From Bacteroidales bacterium (GTDB lineage Bacteria > Bacteroidota > Bacteroidia > Bacteroidales > UBA12077), in the NCBI GenBank assembly GCA_030611105.1, contig JAUWQL010000004.1, forward strand, positions 867 to 64,866: 64,000 bases of DNA, given 5' to 3'. Numbering within the stretch: the first letter of the stretch is position 1; each line of letters begins with the position of its first letter. The notes beneath the pieces were generated by a model. It did not search any database and was not told the origin of the DNA. It was given only the letters and a program-made list of their open reading frames with translations. Position numbers and translations under genes: made by a program. Below, one piece after another: positions 10,148 through 19,639 of the stretch.

Positions 10148-10369
10148 ATGAAAAAAGGAAACATCTTTAAAAGAATATTTCTATTTTATTACGAAGGTTT
10201 TAAAAATATGACAGTTGGTAAAAGGCTTTGGTTTATTATCATAATAAAACTTTTTATCATGTTTGCCATTTTAAAGATATTCTTTTTTAAAGATTTCTTA
10301 AATAATAAGTTTGATACTGAAGAAGAAAAAGGGAATTATGTAATTGAGCAATTAACTAAGGGCTTGTAA
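10148..10369 (+). CDS. DUF4492 family small membrane protein
   Basis: FYYEGFKNMTVGKRLWFIIIIKLFIMFAILKIFFF, located upstream of cydA; stop codon supplied by the MITE. Confidence 0.88.
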   Translation: MKKGNIFKRIFLFYYEGFKNMTVGKRLWFIIIIKLFIMFAILKIFFFKDFLNNKFDTEEEKGNYVIEQLTKGL

Positions 10370-10520
10370 AGAAATAAAGTGGACAAAATTCATAAAGTTA
10401 TTTTGTGCTATAACAAGGCGTAAAAGTTGCGAATAGCCACAGTTTATTTAATAACTTTTACAACGCAGTTATAGTGCAAAAGAATAAGTGAAGATGTTCA
10501 GTTTATTTCTTTACAAGCCC
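10360..10520. mobile_element. 161-bp MITE with 19-bp perfect TIRs and TAA target duplication (IS5/Harbinger-like ends)
   Basis: taa|GGGCTTGTAAAGAAATAAA...TTTATTTCTTTACAAGCCC|taa; inner inverted repeat ttttgtgctataac/gttatagtgcaaaa. Confidence 0.8.
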
Positions 10521-10540
10521 TAACCCTAAAAATACAAACA

Positions 10541-12106
10541 ATGATTGAACATCTTGATTTAGCCCTGGTCAATTGGTCGAGGGCGCAATTTGCACTTACA
10601 GCACTGTATCATTGGCTATTTGTTCCGCTTACTTTGGGGATTACATTTATTATAGCCTTTATGGAAACTCTGTATGTTAAAACAGGTGATCCGGAATGGA
10701 AAAAAATAACGAAGTTCTGGATGACACTGTTTGGTATTAACTTTGCCATTGGTGTTTCAACAGGTATTATTCTCGAGTTTGAATTTGGAACTAACTGGTC
10801 TAATTATTCCTGGTTTGTTGGGGATATTTTCGGAGCTCCTTTGGCAATAGAGGGTATTATGGCATTTTTTATGGAATCTACTTTTATTGCCATCATGTTT
10901 TTTGGCTGGAACAAAGTAAGTAAGAAATTTCATTTACTCTCAACCTGGTTGGTAGCTATAGGGTCTAATTTATCTGCATTATGGATTTTAATTGCTAATG
11001 GATGGATGCAATATCCTGTAGGGATGCATTTTAATCCTGATACAGCCCGAAACGAAATGCTTGACTTCTGGGAGGTGTTTTTATCTCCGATAGGAATAAA
11101 CAAGTTTTTACATACCATTACTTCTTCTTATGTATTAGCATCGGTTTTTGTTATTGGTGTTAGTGCCAGGTTTTTATTAAAAGGAAGAGAGCAATTATTA
11201 GCTAAACGAAGTATCATAATAGCTACTATTTTTGGTTTAGTAAGTAGCATGTTTCTTATTTATACCGGCGACGGTTCTGCTTACCAGGTTGCCCAAAAAC
11301 AACCGATGAAACTTGCTGCTATGGAAGGATTATATGAAGGATCTGAAGGAGCCGGTCTTATTCTGCTTGGTATGCCAACTCCGGGAAAAGAAATTAATGA
11401 TGGAAAAGACGATTATGTTTTTAAGTTTGAGATTCCAAAACTTCTTTCATTTCTTGGTTACAGAAATGCAGATGCATTTGTGCCCGGTGTAAAAGATATA
11501 GTTGAAGGAGGATTCGAATACGAAGATAAAAACGGAGAAACTCAGATTGCATTATCCGCTCTGGAAAAAATTGAGAAGGGTAAATTGGCAATTAATGCAT
11601 TATCTGATTATAAGAAAGCTAAAGAATCAGAAGATGTGGTTAAACAAGAAGAATATTTAAAAATTTTCAGAGAAAACTTTAAATATTTTGGATATGGATT
11701 TTTAAATGATCCTAAGAGTATTATTCCTAATGTTCCGATAACATTTTATAGTTTTCACATAATGGTTGCTCTGGGATTTTGGTTTATTCTGCTCTTTGCA
11801 CTCGTATTATTTTTTATTTTAAAAGATAAACTGATAGGGAAAAGATGGCTTTTACGTTTGGCAATAATTACTGTTCCTCTGGCTTTTATTGCTTCATTAT
11901 CAGGGTGGATTGTTGCAGAGGTTGGTCGTCAGCCATGGACCATTCAGGATCTTTTGCCTACTGTTGCTTCAGTTTCACAGATTGATGCAAGTGCTGTTCA
12001 AATAACTTTTTGGTTGTTTACTTTGGTGTTTACAGCATTACTAATTGCTGAGCTGAAGATTATGTTTAAGCAAATAAAAATCGGACCTAAAGAAGGAGGA
12101 CATTAA
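10541..12106 (+). CDS. cydA: Cytochrome bd ubiquinol oxidase subunit I
   Basis: HWLFVPLT, EFGTNWS, QPMKLAAMEG, EVGRQPW. Confidence 0.97.
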   Translation: MIEHLDLALVNWSRAQFALTALYHWLFVPLTLGITFIIAFMETLYVKTGDPEWKKITKFWMTLFGINFAIGVSTGIILEFEFGTNWSNYSWFVGDIFGAPLAIEGIMAFFMESTFIAIMFFGWNKVSKKFHLLSTWLVAIGSNLSALWILIANGWMQYPVGMHFNPDTARNEMLDFWEVFLSPIGINKFLHTITSSYVLASVFVIGVSARFLLKGREQLLAKRSIIIATIFGLVSSMFLIYTGDGSAYQVAQKQPMKLAAMEGLYEGSEGAGLILLGMPTPGKEINDGKDDYVFKFEIPKLLSFLGYRNADAFVPGVKDIVEGGFEYEDKNGETQIALSALEKIEKGKLAINALSDYKKAKESEDVVKQEEYLKIFRENFKYFGYGFLNDPKSIIPNVPITFYSFHIMVALGFWFILLFALVLFFILKDKLIGKRWLLRLAIITVPLAFIASLSGWIVAEVGRQPWTIQDLLPTVASVSQIDASAVQITFWLFTLVFTALLIAELKIMFKQIKIGPKEGGH

Positions 12107-12107
12107 A

Positions 12108-13238
12108 ATGTTTGAAAGTTTATCACATTTAGCATTACAACAATATTGGTGGGTAATTATCTCACTATTAGGGGCTATATTAGTTTTCTTATTATTTGTT
12201 CAGGGTGGTCAAACACTGATTTACACTTTAGGAAAAACAGATATGGAACGTCGTCTCCTGATAAACTCATTAGGTCGAAAATGGGAATTTACATTTAGTA
12301 CTCTGGTAACATTTGGAGGAGCATTTTTTGCATCTTTTCCATTGTTTTATGCCACAAGTTTTGGAGGAGCATACTGGGTTTGGATGTTAATCCTTTTTGC
12401 TTTCATTATTCAGGCTGTTTCGTATGAATTTAGATCAAAGCCAAATAATTTTTTAGGAGCAAAAACATACGAGGTTTTTCTTTTTATAAACGGAGTATTG
12501 GGAACAATTTTATTGGGAATAGTTGTAGCAACATTTTTTACGGGTTCCGAATTCTCGGTAAATGAAATGAATTTCTCAAAATGGGAAGGTGCTGCAATGG
12601 GACTTGAGTTAGTGTTAAATCCTCATAATCTTTCATTAGGATTAGCTATATTCTTTCTGGCCAGAGTTCTTGCTATCCTTTATTTTATGAATAATATTGA
12701 TGATGAGAATATCTTTAGCAGATCGAAAAAGCAGTTAATTTATAATGCAATTCCTTTTCTTGTATTCTTTTTAGTTTTTGTAATCTGGTTAATGTTTATC
12801 GATGGTTTTGCTTATGATCCTGTAAGTAAAAAAGTTTCATACGAATCCTATAAGTATCTGCATAACTTTTTACAAATGCCATTGGTATTGATCATATTCT
12901 TATTAGGAGTTGTTCTAGTTTTACTTGGAATTGGTAAATCGATATTCACAATTTGCACAAAAGGTATTTGGGTTGCCGGAGCAGGAACAATAATGACTGT
13001 TTTAGCTTTGTTTTTATTAGCAGGATTTAATAATACAGCATTTTATCCATCAACATTTGATTTGCAGAGTTCACTTACCATTGAAAATGCATCATCGAGT
13101 AAATATACGCTTAAAGTTATGGGCTATGTTTCTTTAATGGTGCCATTTGTGATTGCTTATATTTGGTATACCTGGAGGTTAATGAATAATAAAAAGATTG
13201 ATGCAGATGAAATGAATGAAGATATTCACATTTATTAA
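12108..13238 (+). CDS. cydB: Cytochrome bd ubiquinol oxidase subunit II
   Basis: GRKWEFTF, GGAFFASFP, SLTIENASSS; directly follows cydA. Confidence 0.95.
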   Translation: MFESLSHLALQQYWWVIISLLGAILVFLLFVQGGQTLIYTLGKTDMERRLLINSLGRKWEFTFSTLVTFGGAFFASFPLFYATSFGGAYWVWMLILFAFIIQAVSYEFRSKPNNFLGAKTYEVFLFINGVLGTILLGIVVATFFTGSEFSVNEMNFSKWEGAAMGLELVLNPHNLSLGLAIFFLARVLAILYFMNNIDDENIFSRSKKQLIYNAIPFLVFFLVFVIWLMFIDGFAYDPVSKKVSYESYKYLHNFLQMPLVLIIFLLGVVLVLLGIGKSIFTICTKGIWVAGAGTIMTVLALFLLAGFNNTAFYPSTFDLQSSLTIENASSSKYTLKVMGYVSLMVPFVIAYIWYTWRLMNNKKIDADEMNEDIHIY

Positions 13239-13295
13239 GAACCACTGAATAAATATAAAATAACTTGGAACTCGAAACTTTTTAAATTTAAACTA

Positions 13296-13403
13296 ATGAA
13301 TATGTATTTAACAGAAATAATATGGTTAATTGTTTGGCCGGTTCTGATTTGGATAAGCTATAAGCTTTCAGCTTTTGCTGTAAAAAAGTACGAAGAAAAA
13401 TAA
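13296..13403 (+). CDS. Small single-TM protein, probable CydX/CydS-like subunit (absent from the ORF track)
   Basis: MNMYLTEIIWLIVWPVLIWISYKLSAFAVKKYEEK, between cydB and the terminator. Confidence 0.7.
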   Translation: MNMYLTEIIWLIVWPVLIWISYKLSAFAVKKYEEK

Positions 13404-13425
13404 AATTTATTAAGTGTATAAGATA

Positions 13426-13460
13426 AACCTGTTCTTAATTTTAAGGGCAGGTTGTTTTAT
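13426..13460 (+). terminator. Intrinsic terminator of the cyd operon
   Basis: aacctgttcttaa/ttaagggcaggtt hairpin with T-rich tail. Confidence 0.6.
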
Positions 13461-13528
13461 TTAAATTGGGTTCCTCAAATAAAAACTGTTACTTTTATTT
13501 TTTTAATTAAATCAATCCTTATTAATTT

Positions 13529-14476
13529 ATGAAATACAAAATCAATTTATTTTTAGTTATTATAATTATTATAACCTTAATATCTTGTGAAGAGAGCGAA
13601 ATAGGAATAAAGAAAAATTCACATAGAATTAAAGAAATTATTAAGCAAAGGGTCTCGAGTAGTGCTGTAGATGAAAAAACATTATTTACTTATAATGAAG
13701 AAAAAATTGTTAAAATAGAGTACCTGTATAAATTTGAAGAGGAATGGGAATTGATGGAGTTTGATTCAATTGTGTACACGGATAATAAGATTATTATCAC
13801 ACATTATTATGAGGTATCTGATGGGCCAGCCATTTCAGAAAAGGAAGAACTTATTATTAGAGATAATAAAATAATCGAAGCAACTCTATTTTATTATTCT
13901 CAATCATTTGAACCTACAGATAAAGTTGTTTATGGATATGAAGGCAAAAATGTAGTAAAAGCGGAATATTTTAGTTACCATAATGAAAATTGGGTATTGC
14001 GAGATAAAGATGAACTAAGCTATGATGATAACTTAGTTATTGAATATTGTAGTTATACAATAGATTATGAAGGGAACTCATATCTTGATTATAAAGAAAT
14101 TTTTAGTTATGAAAATAAAAGATTGGTTGAATGGTATCGGTCTTACCCAACAGATTCTGAAAATTGGATAAATAGTTTGAAATTTGAATATTTGTATCAA
14201 GGAAATTTACAAATGGAATCTGCAATTTATGACTTTGTAGATAATGAATGGGTATATGATTATTCGTTTTATTACAATTACAATGAATTTGATTATTTAG
14301 AAAAAGAAGAGCTAGTAACAACCACTAAAACTTATACTTATGAGAAGGGTCATGGAAATTATAGCTTATTCATCATAACTCCAGTATATAGAAGGTATAA
14401 TTTACCTAGTCCAAAAAGTGATAATGATGATAATAAATACAAAGAAAGCTTTTATCATTATATTTATTTATTTTAA
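13529..14476 (+). CDS. Hypothetical Tyr/Glu-rich lipoprotein with beta-strand repeats
   Basis: Lipobox LISC; recurring K-x-E-Y-x-Y motifs. Confidence 0.7.
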   Translation: MKYKINLFLVIIIIITLISCEESEIGIKKNSHRIKEIIKQRVSSSAVDEKTLFTYNEEKIVKIEYLYKFEEEWELMEFDSIVYTDNKIIITHYYEVSDGPAISEKEELIIRDNKIIEATLFYYSQSFEPTDKVVYGYEGKNVVKAEYFSYHNENWVLRDKDELSYDDNLVIEYCSYTIDYEGNSYLDYKEIFSYENKRLVEWYRSYPTDSENWINSLKFEYLYQGNLQMESAIYDFVDNEWVYDYSFYYNYNEFDYLEKEELVTTTKTYTYEKGHGNYSLFIITPVYRRYNLPSPKSDNDDNKYKESFYHYIYLF

Positions 14477-15588
14477 TGGCCAAACTCAAAAGTATATCAA
14501 AACTAAATAAGTGGTTCGATGGTTTAAACGAACCATTAATCATTGCAGGCCCGTGTAGTGCAGAATCAGAAGAACAAGTTATGCAAACCGCTAAAGAAAT
14601 TGCTGCTTTGGGGAAGGTGAAAGTATTTCGATCGGGTATTTGGAAACCACGTACTCGCCCGGGAAATTTTGAAGGTGTTGGCGAAGAAGGATTACAATGG
14701 TTGCAACAAGTAAAAAAGGAAACAGGACTTTTAACAACAGTAGAAGTTGCAAATCCTGAGCATGTCGATTTAGCTATTAAATACAATATTGATATACTTT
14801 GGATTGGTGCCAGAACAACTTCTAATCCTTTCTCTGTTCAGGAGTTAGCCGATCACTTAAAAGGATATGATAAACCGGTAATGGTTAAGAATCCTATTAA
14901 CCCTGATGTTAACCTTTGGGTAGGGGCATTGGAGCGATTTCACAAAGCAGGCATTAATAAATTAGCTGCTGTTCATCGCGGATTTTACCCTTTTGAAGCT
15001 ACTTCGTTGCGCAATATTCCAAAATGGGAAGTACCGATTGAACTAAAAAGTATATGTCATGATTTGCCAATAATATGTGATCCAAGCCATATTGCAGGTA
15101 ATACAGAATTCATTGCAGAAATAGCACAAAAGGCTATTGATATGAACATGGATGGTTTAATGATAGAAACACATTATAATCCAACGCTTGCTTTAAGTGA
15201 TATGAATCAGCAGTTAACTCCACAACAACTGGGGAATCTTCTGGATAATCTGATTTTTAGAACAGCAACAACAAAAGATGAAGATTTTGCTGATATCCTG
15301 GACACACTGCGCAATCAAATTGATTCTATTGATCAGCAAATGCTTGAACTATTATCTCAAAGGATGAATATAGTGGAGGAAATTGGTAAATATAAAAGCA
15401 AAAATGAGGTTACTATACTACAGCTTCGTCGTTGGGAGAAGATACTGTCTACAAGATTAAAACTAGGGAAGAGCTTAGGACTATCAGAAGATTTTGTAAA
15501 AAATTTACTCCAACTTGTACACAAAGAATCTATTCAACGACAAACCGAAGTAATGAAGAAGCTTACTTCTTCAAAAAAGAAAGAATAA
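14476..15588 (+). CDS. Bifunctional DAHP synthase / chorismate mutase type II
   Basis: IAGPCSAES, WKPRTRP, WIGART, CDPSH; C-terminal LRNQIDSID...LLSQRM. Confidence 0.93.
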   Translation: MAKLKSISKLNKWFDGLNEPLIIAGPCSAESEEQVMQTAKEIAALGKVKVFRSGIWKPRTRPGNFEGVGEEGLQWLQQVKKETGLLTTVEVANPEHVDLAIKYNIDILWIGARTTSNPFSVQELADHLKGYDKPVMVKNPINPDVNLWVGALERFHKAGINKLAAVHRGFYPFEATSLRNIPKWEVPIELKSICHDLPIICDPSHIAGNTEFIAEIAQKAIDMNMDGLMIETHYNPTLALSDMNQQLTPQQLGNLLDNLIFRTATTKDEDFADILDTLRNQIDSIDQQMLELLSQRMNIVEEIGKYKSKNEVTILQLRRWEKILSTRLKLGKSLGLSEDFVKNLLQLVHKESIQRQTEVMKKLTSSKKKE

Positions 15589-15599
15589 ATAAATTTTTA

Positions 15600-15854
15600 C
15601 TATTTTACTTCCTTAAGAGTATAATCAAATCCTTCCATAATCGGATTCGATAATATTTTATTACAAGCTTCATTAACTCTTTCCATTGCAATTTCTTTAC
15701 TCGCTGCTTCAATTTCCAAAGTAATATGTTTACCTATTCGAACATTCGAAACTTCGGTAAAACCAATATTTTTCATACTATTAGTTACAGCTTTTCCCTG
15801 AGGATCTAATAAAGCTTTTAGAGGCATTACGTTTATTTCTGCAATAAATTTCAT
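15600..15854 (-). CDS. purS: Phosphoribosylformylglycinamidine synthase subunit PurS
   Basis: LLDPQGKAV, VRIGKHI, LSNPIME. Confidence 0.95.
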   Translation of the reverse strand: MKFIAEINVMPLKALLDPQGKAVTNSMKNIGFTEVSNVRIGKHITLEIEAASKEIAMERVNEACNKILSNPIMEGFDYTLKEVK

Positions 15855-15865
15855 ATTGTTAATAA

Positions 15866-16615
15866 TTAATCAATGTTAAAAATCCAGTTGTTAATAGCTG
15901 ATAATAAAATATATAATATAATAATAATAGGAATGGCTATCGTATGCAATGATATTAATAAAATCACAGATAACACAATAAAAATATATCGAATTTTATT
16001 TCCTTGAAAACCTAAATTTTTAAATTTTAACGAAAACATTGGGAATTCTGCAACAAGTAATAAAGAAAATATAATTACTAAAACTGATAATACATATTTG
16101 TTTTTCAAAATTGTAAGTAAAAGATCATTTGTGGTAATTATACTAACTAAATAGAGTGATACAAAAAATATTGCATTTGCAGGAACGGCTAGTCCAATAA
16201 AATTTTCCGTTTGCCTTTCGTCTACATTGAATTTTGCTAATCTTACTCCCGAAAGAATTGCAACAAAAAACGGGATTAATAAAAATAGAATTTCAGTTAT
16301 TGTTAGATTTTCAATTGGAGGTAAGTGAACTGTTTTGAACAGAGAAATTTTCATCAGATGGAAAATAATAACTGAAGGAGCAATACCAAAGCTTACTATA
16401 TCAGCTAATGAATCTAATTCTTTTCCAACAATAGAATATGCTTTTAATAATCGAGCAGACATTCCATCCATGAAATCAAAAAAAGCTGCTAAGAATATCA
16501 TATAAACTGAAAAAAGCATATAACCCTCAAAGGCCAAGGCAATTGATATGCATCCTGACAATAAATTTAATGAGGTTATGGTATTAGGAATGTGTTTTTT
16601 TATTTTAATTAGCAT
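15866..16615 (-). CDS. pssA: CDP-diacylglycerol--serine O-phosphatidyltransferase
   Basis: IPNTITSLN, DFMDGMSAR, GKELDSLADIVSFGIAP, RLAKFN. Confidence 0.9.
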   Translation of the reverse strand: MLIKIKKHIPNTITSLNLLSGCISIALAFEGYMLFSVYMIFLAAFFDFMDGMSARLLKAYSIVGKELDSLADIVSFGIAPSVIIFHLMKISLFKTVHLPPIENLTITEILFLLIPFFVAILSGVRLAKFNVDERQTENFIGLAVPANAIFFVSLYLVSIITTNDLLLTILKNKYVLSVLVIIFSLLLVAEFPMFSLKFKNLGFQGNKIRYIFIVLSVILLISLHTIAIPIIIILYILLSAINNWIFNID

Positions 16616-16748
16616 ATTTCTTTTTTGTATTAATAACAATAATGTTCACAAAAATAAGTTAAAAAATATAGTTTGATAAATATTTTATTAATTACTAAGT
16701 TTATCGACTGAAAATTAGTTAAAGCATACCTGATTTATATTAATCTTG

Positions 16749-17822
16749 ATGAGGCGAAAAATTTTAATACCAATTTTACTTTGTATAGCTAATCTTACTT
16801 ATAGCCAAACAGCTAAGTATAGTAATGAGTTTCTATCCATTGGTGTTGGAGCAAGATCTTTAAGTATGTCAAATGCTATAGTAGCAAATGTTAACGATGT
16901 AACTTCAGGATATTGGAACCCCGCAGGATTAACCATGTTACAAAATGATTTTGATGCCGGTTTAATGCATGCAGAGTATTTTGCCGGAATTGCCAAGTAT
17001 GATTACCTTGCAGGTGCAATGGCTTTGGATACCAGTAGTTATTTGGGAGTAACAATAATCCGATTTGGTGTTGATGATATACCCAATACCACAGATTTAA
17101 TTGATGGTGACGGAAATATTGATTATGACAGAATTTCACGATTTTCGGCAGCCGATTATGCTTTGTTATTAAGCTATGCCCGAAAAACTAAAATCACGGA
17201 TTTATCTTACGGAGCTAATGTTAAAATAATTTATCGAAGCATAGGAAAATTTGCTCATTCCTGGGGTTTTGGACTTGATCTGGGTTTGCAGTACAAATTG
17301 AATGACTGGAGGTTTGGTGCAATGGCTCGTGATATAACTTCGACTTTTAATGCATGGAGTTTTAACGAAGATGAATTAATTATTGAAGTTCAGGATTCTG
17401 TATTCAATTTTGCCCCGGATAATTCGTTGGAAATAACATTGCCAAGATTATTGCTTGGTGTTTCGAGAGAATTTCCAATTTATAACAAGTTTAAAGGATT
17501 AGTAGAGATGGATTTGGATTTTACTTTCGATGGTCAGCGTCATGTGCTAATTGAAGGCGATCCAATTAGTATTGATCCTCACCTTGGAATAGAAATTAAT
17601 TATAACCAGTTGGCTTTTATCCGGTTTGGAATTGGAAACTTTCAGCGTGTAGAAGAATTTGAAAATAAAGAATCAATGACTTTTCAGCCAAACTTTGGAA
17701 TTGGAATTCAGTTTAAAGGTGTAAGTATAGATTATGCTTTAACTGATATTGGAGATCAATCCTTGGCACTATATTCTAATGTATTTACTTTAAGATATTC
17801 ATTTGATAAAAAGAAAAAATAA
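16749..17822 (+). CDS. PorV/PorQ family outer-membrane beta-barrel (T9SS shuttle-like)
   Basis: FLSIGVGARSLSM, YWNPAGL; barrel-like C-terminus. Confidence 0.8.
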   Translation: MRRKILIPILLCIANLTYSQTAKYSNEFLSIGVGARSLSMSNAIVANVNDVTSGYWNPAGLTMLQNDFDAGLMHAEYFAGIAKYDYLAGAMALDTSSYLGVTIIRFGVDDIPNTTDLIDGDGNIDYDRISRFSAADYALLLSYARKTKITDLSYGANVKIIYRSIGKFAHSWGFGLDLGLQYKLNDWRFGAMARDITSTFNAWSFNEDELIIEVQDSVFNFAPDNSLEITLPRLLLGVSREFPIYNKFKGLVEMDLDFTFDGQRHVLIEGDPISIDPHLGIEINYNQLAFIRFGIGNFQRVEEFENKESMTFQPNFGIGIQFKGVSIDYALTDIGDQSLALYSNVFTLRYSFDKKKK

Positions 17823-17827
17823 AGTTA

Positions 17828-17860
17828 AAACATTCGAAGTTTTTAAAACTTCAGATGTTT
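17828..17860. repeat. Intergenic double palindrome (REP-like)
   Basis: aaacattcgaagtttt-t-aaaacttcagatgttt. Confidence 0.55.
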
Positions 17861-17925
17861 AAATACCTTATCTTTTATTAGCCAAAAAAATATCACTATT
17901 TTTGTTTAAAGCTAAATAATCAACT

Positions 17926-18348
17926 ATGATAATTGCCGTAGATTTTGATGGTACGATTGTAGATCATGAGTATCCTGATATTGGTAAACCAAAATTATTT
18001 GTATTTGAAACTTTAAAAGCTTTGCAAGAGCAAGGCCATCAGTTAATTTTGTGGACTTATAGAGCTGGCAAGGAGTTGGACGAGGCTGTAGAATATTGCA
18101 AAAAGAATGGAATTGAATTTTATGCAGTAAATAAAAATTATCCCGAAGAGATTTATGATGATTCTATAAGCAGGAAAATTTTGGCCGATATTTATATTGA
18201 TGATAAAAATGCTGGAGGCTTTCCGGGATGGAGTGAAATTTGGCAAATGTTAAACCCTGAACTTTTCAATGACGATGTAAAAAAGCAAATGAAAAACATT
18301 CCGGTTTCGAAAAAAACATTCTGGCAAAAATTAAAATTGTTTCGTTAA
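17926..18348 (+). CDS. HAD-type phosphatase (BT0820-like)
   Basis: IAVDFDGTIV, LILWTYR, ADIYIDDKN. Confidence 0.88.
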   Translation: MIIAVDFDGTIVDHEYPDIGKPKLFVFETLKALQEQGHQLILWTYRAGKELDEAVEYCKKNGIEFYAVNKNYPEEIYDDSISRKILADIYIDDKNAGGFPGWSEIWQMLNPELFNDDVKKQMKNIPVSKKTFWQKLKLFR

Positions 18349-18391
18349 TTAAAAATGGTATCAGAAGATTTGTTAAATAATTTAGTGCAAA

Positions 18392-18416
18392 CTTCGTGAC
18401 TTTGAGACTTTGTGGC
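18392..18416. repeat. Period-8 repeat arm
   Basis: cttcgtga ctttgaga ctttgtgg c. Confidence 0.5.
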
Positions 18417-18432
18417 AAAAAATATATAAATT

Positions 18433-19545
18433 ATGGAAATAGCAAAATCAGCAATTTACAATTTCTTTCTTTTTTTACTTTTTTTATTACAAATATCTTG
18501 CTCACATCAAAAAAAGACTGATGTAAAACAAGATACTAATGTAAAATCAGAGAACGTAACAAAACGAGTTTCGGTAATTGAAATTGGTTCTCCTAAGTCG
18601 GGCGAGATGTTTACAATAGGAGATAATATAGAAGTGAAAATAGGATTGAAAGAATCAGATGTGAAAATAGATTCTTTAATTGTGGAATCAAATGGTTCTA
18701 AAACAGTTATAAACCCTGATAATTTAGATTATACATGGGAAACTAAAGATTTATATACAGGTGCTAATCAAATAAAAGTATTTGCATATTCGGGTAGCAA
18801 TAAAATAGATAGTTATTACTTGAAATTACGATTTAAATCAGATATTAAACCAGAGCAATATGAATGTAAAATTATAAATACATATCCACATGATAAAAAT
18901 GCGTATACACAAGGCTTGTTTTATGATAATGGAGTAATGTATGAAGGCACTGGACCAAGAGGCGAATCATCTTTAAGAAAAGTAAGATTTGAAACCGGAG
19001 AACTAATTTCAATTTTAAGCCTTGATGCTAAATATTTTGGGGAAGGTATAACAGCTTTTAAAGATAAAATAATTCAGTTAACCTGGACATCTCGTACCGG
19101 ATTTGTTTACGATAAAAAGAGTTTTAAATTAATTACAACTTTGCAATATCCTACGCAAGGCTGGGGGATTACAACCGATGGCGAAAAATTAATCATGAGC
19201 GATGGTACTCAAACGATACATTTTCTTGATCCGGAATATTTTAATGAAATTGGAAAAATCGAAGTTTATGACCATGAAGGGCCTGTTCGCAATTTAAATG
19301 AGCTTGAATATATTGATGGTATTGTTTATGCCAATGTTTATCAAACTGAATATATTGTTGCTTTTGATCTGACAAATGGGAAAGTATTAAAACGAATCGA
19401 TTGCAGAAAAATCGTTCCTAATGGTTTTCATGGAGAAAGAGACAATGTATTAAATGGTATTGCATACGATAAAAAAAATGACAGGTACTTTTTAACCGGA
19501 AAACGTTGGCCAAGTTTATTTGAAGTTAAGTTTGTGAAAAAATAA
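18433..19545 (+). CDS. Glutaminyl-peptide cyclotransferase (lipoprotein)
   Basis: YTQGL, YEGTG, FGEGI, QLTW, GWG, LNELE, VLNGIAY, TGKRW. Confidence 0.92.
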   Translation: MEIAKSAIYNFFLFLLFLLQISCSHQKKTDVKQDTNVKSENVTKRVSVIEIGSPKSGEMFTIGDNIEVKIGLKESDVKIDSLIVESNGSKTVINPDNLDYTWETKDLYTGANQIKVFAYSGSNKIDSYYLKLRFKSDIKPEQYECKIINTYPHDKNAYTQGLFYDNGVMYEGTGPRGESSLRKVRFETGELISILSLDAKYFGEGITAFKDKIIQLTWTSRTGFVYDKKSFKLITTLQYPTQGWGITTDGEKLIMSDGTQTIHFLDPEYFNEIGKIEVYDHEGPVRNLNELEYIDGIVYANVYQTEYIVAFDLTNGKVLKRIDCRKIVPNGFHGERDNVLNGIAYDKKNDRYFLTGKRWPSLFEVKFVKK

Positions 19546-19548
19546 GTA

Positions 19549-19590
19549 CAACGCGCATTTCTACCTGTCGGCAGACAGGCCTGCGCGTTG
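19549..19590. repeat. GC-rich hairpin with a 20-nt CCTR-hairpin element (19560-19579) in its loop
   Basis: caacgcgca-tt-[tcta-cctgtc-ggca-gacagg]-cc-tgcgcgttg. Confidence 0.78.
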
Positions 19591-19639
19591 AAAAAATGAG
19601 TTGTTAAATCATCGGATAGGAATGTCGGATGTGCAAATT

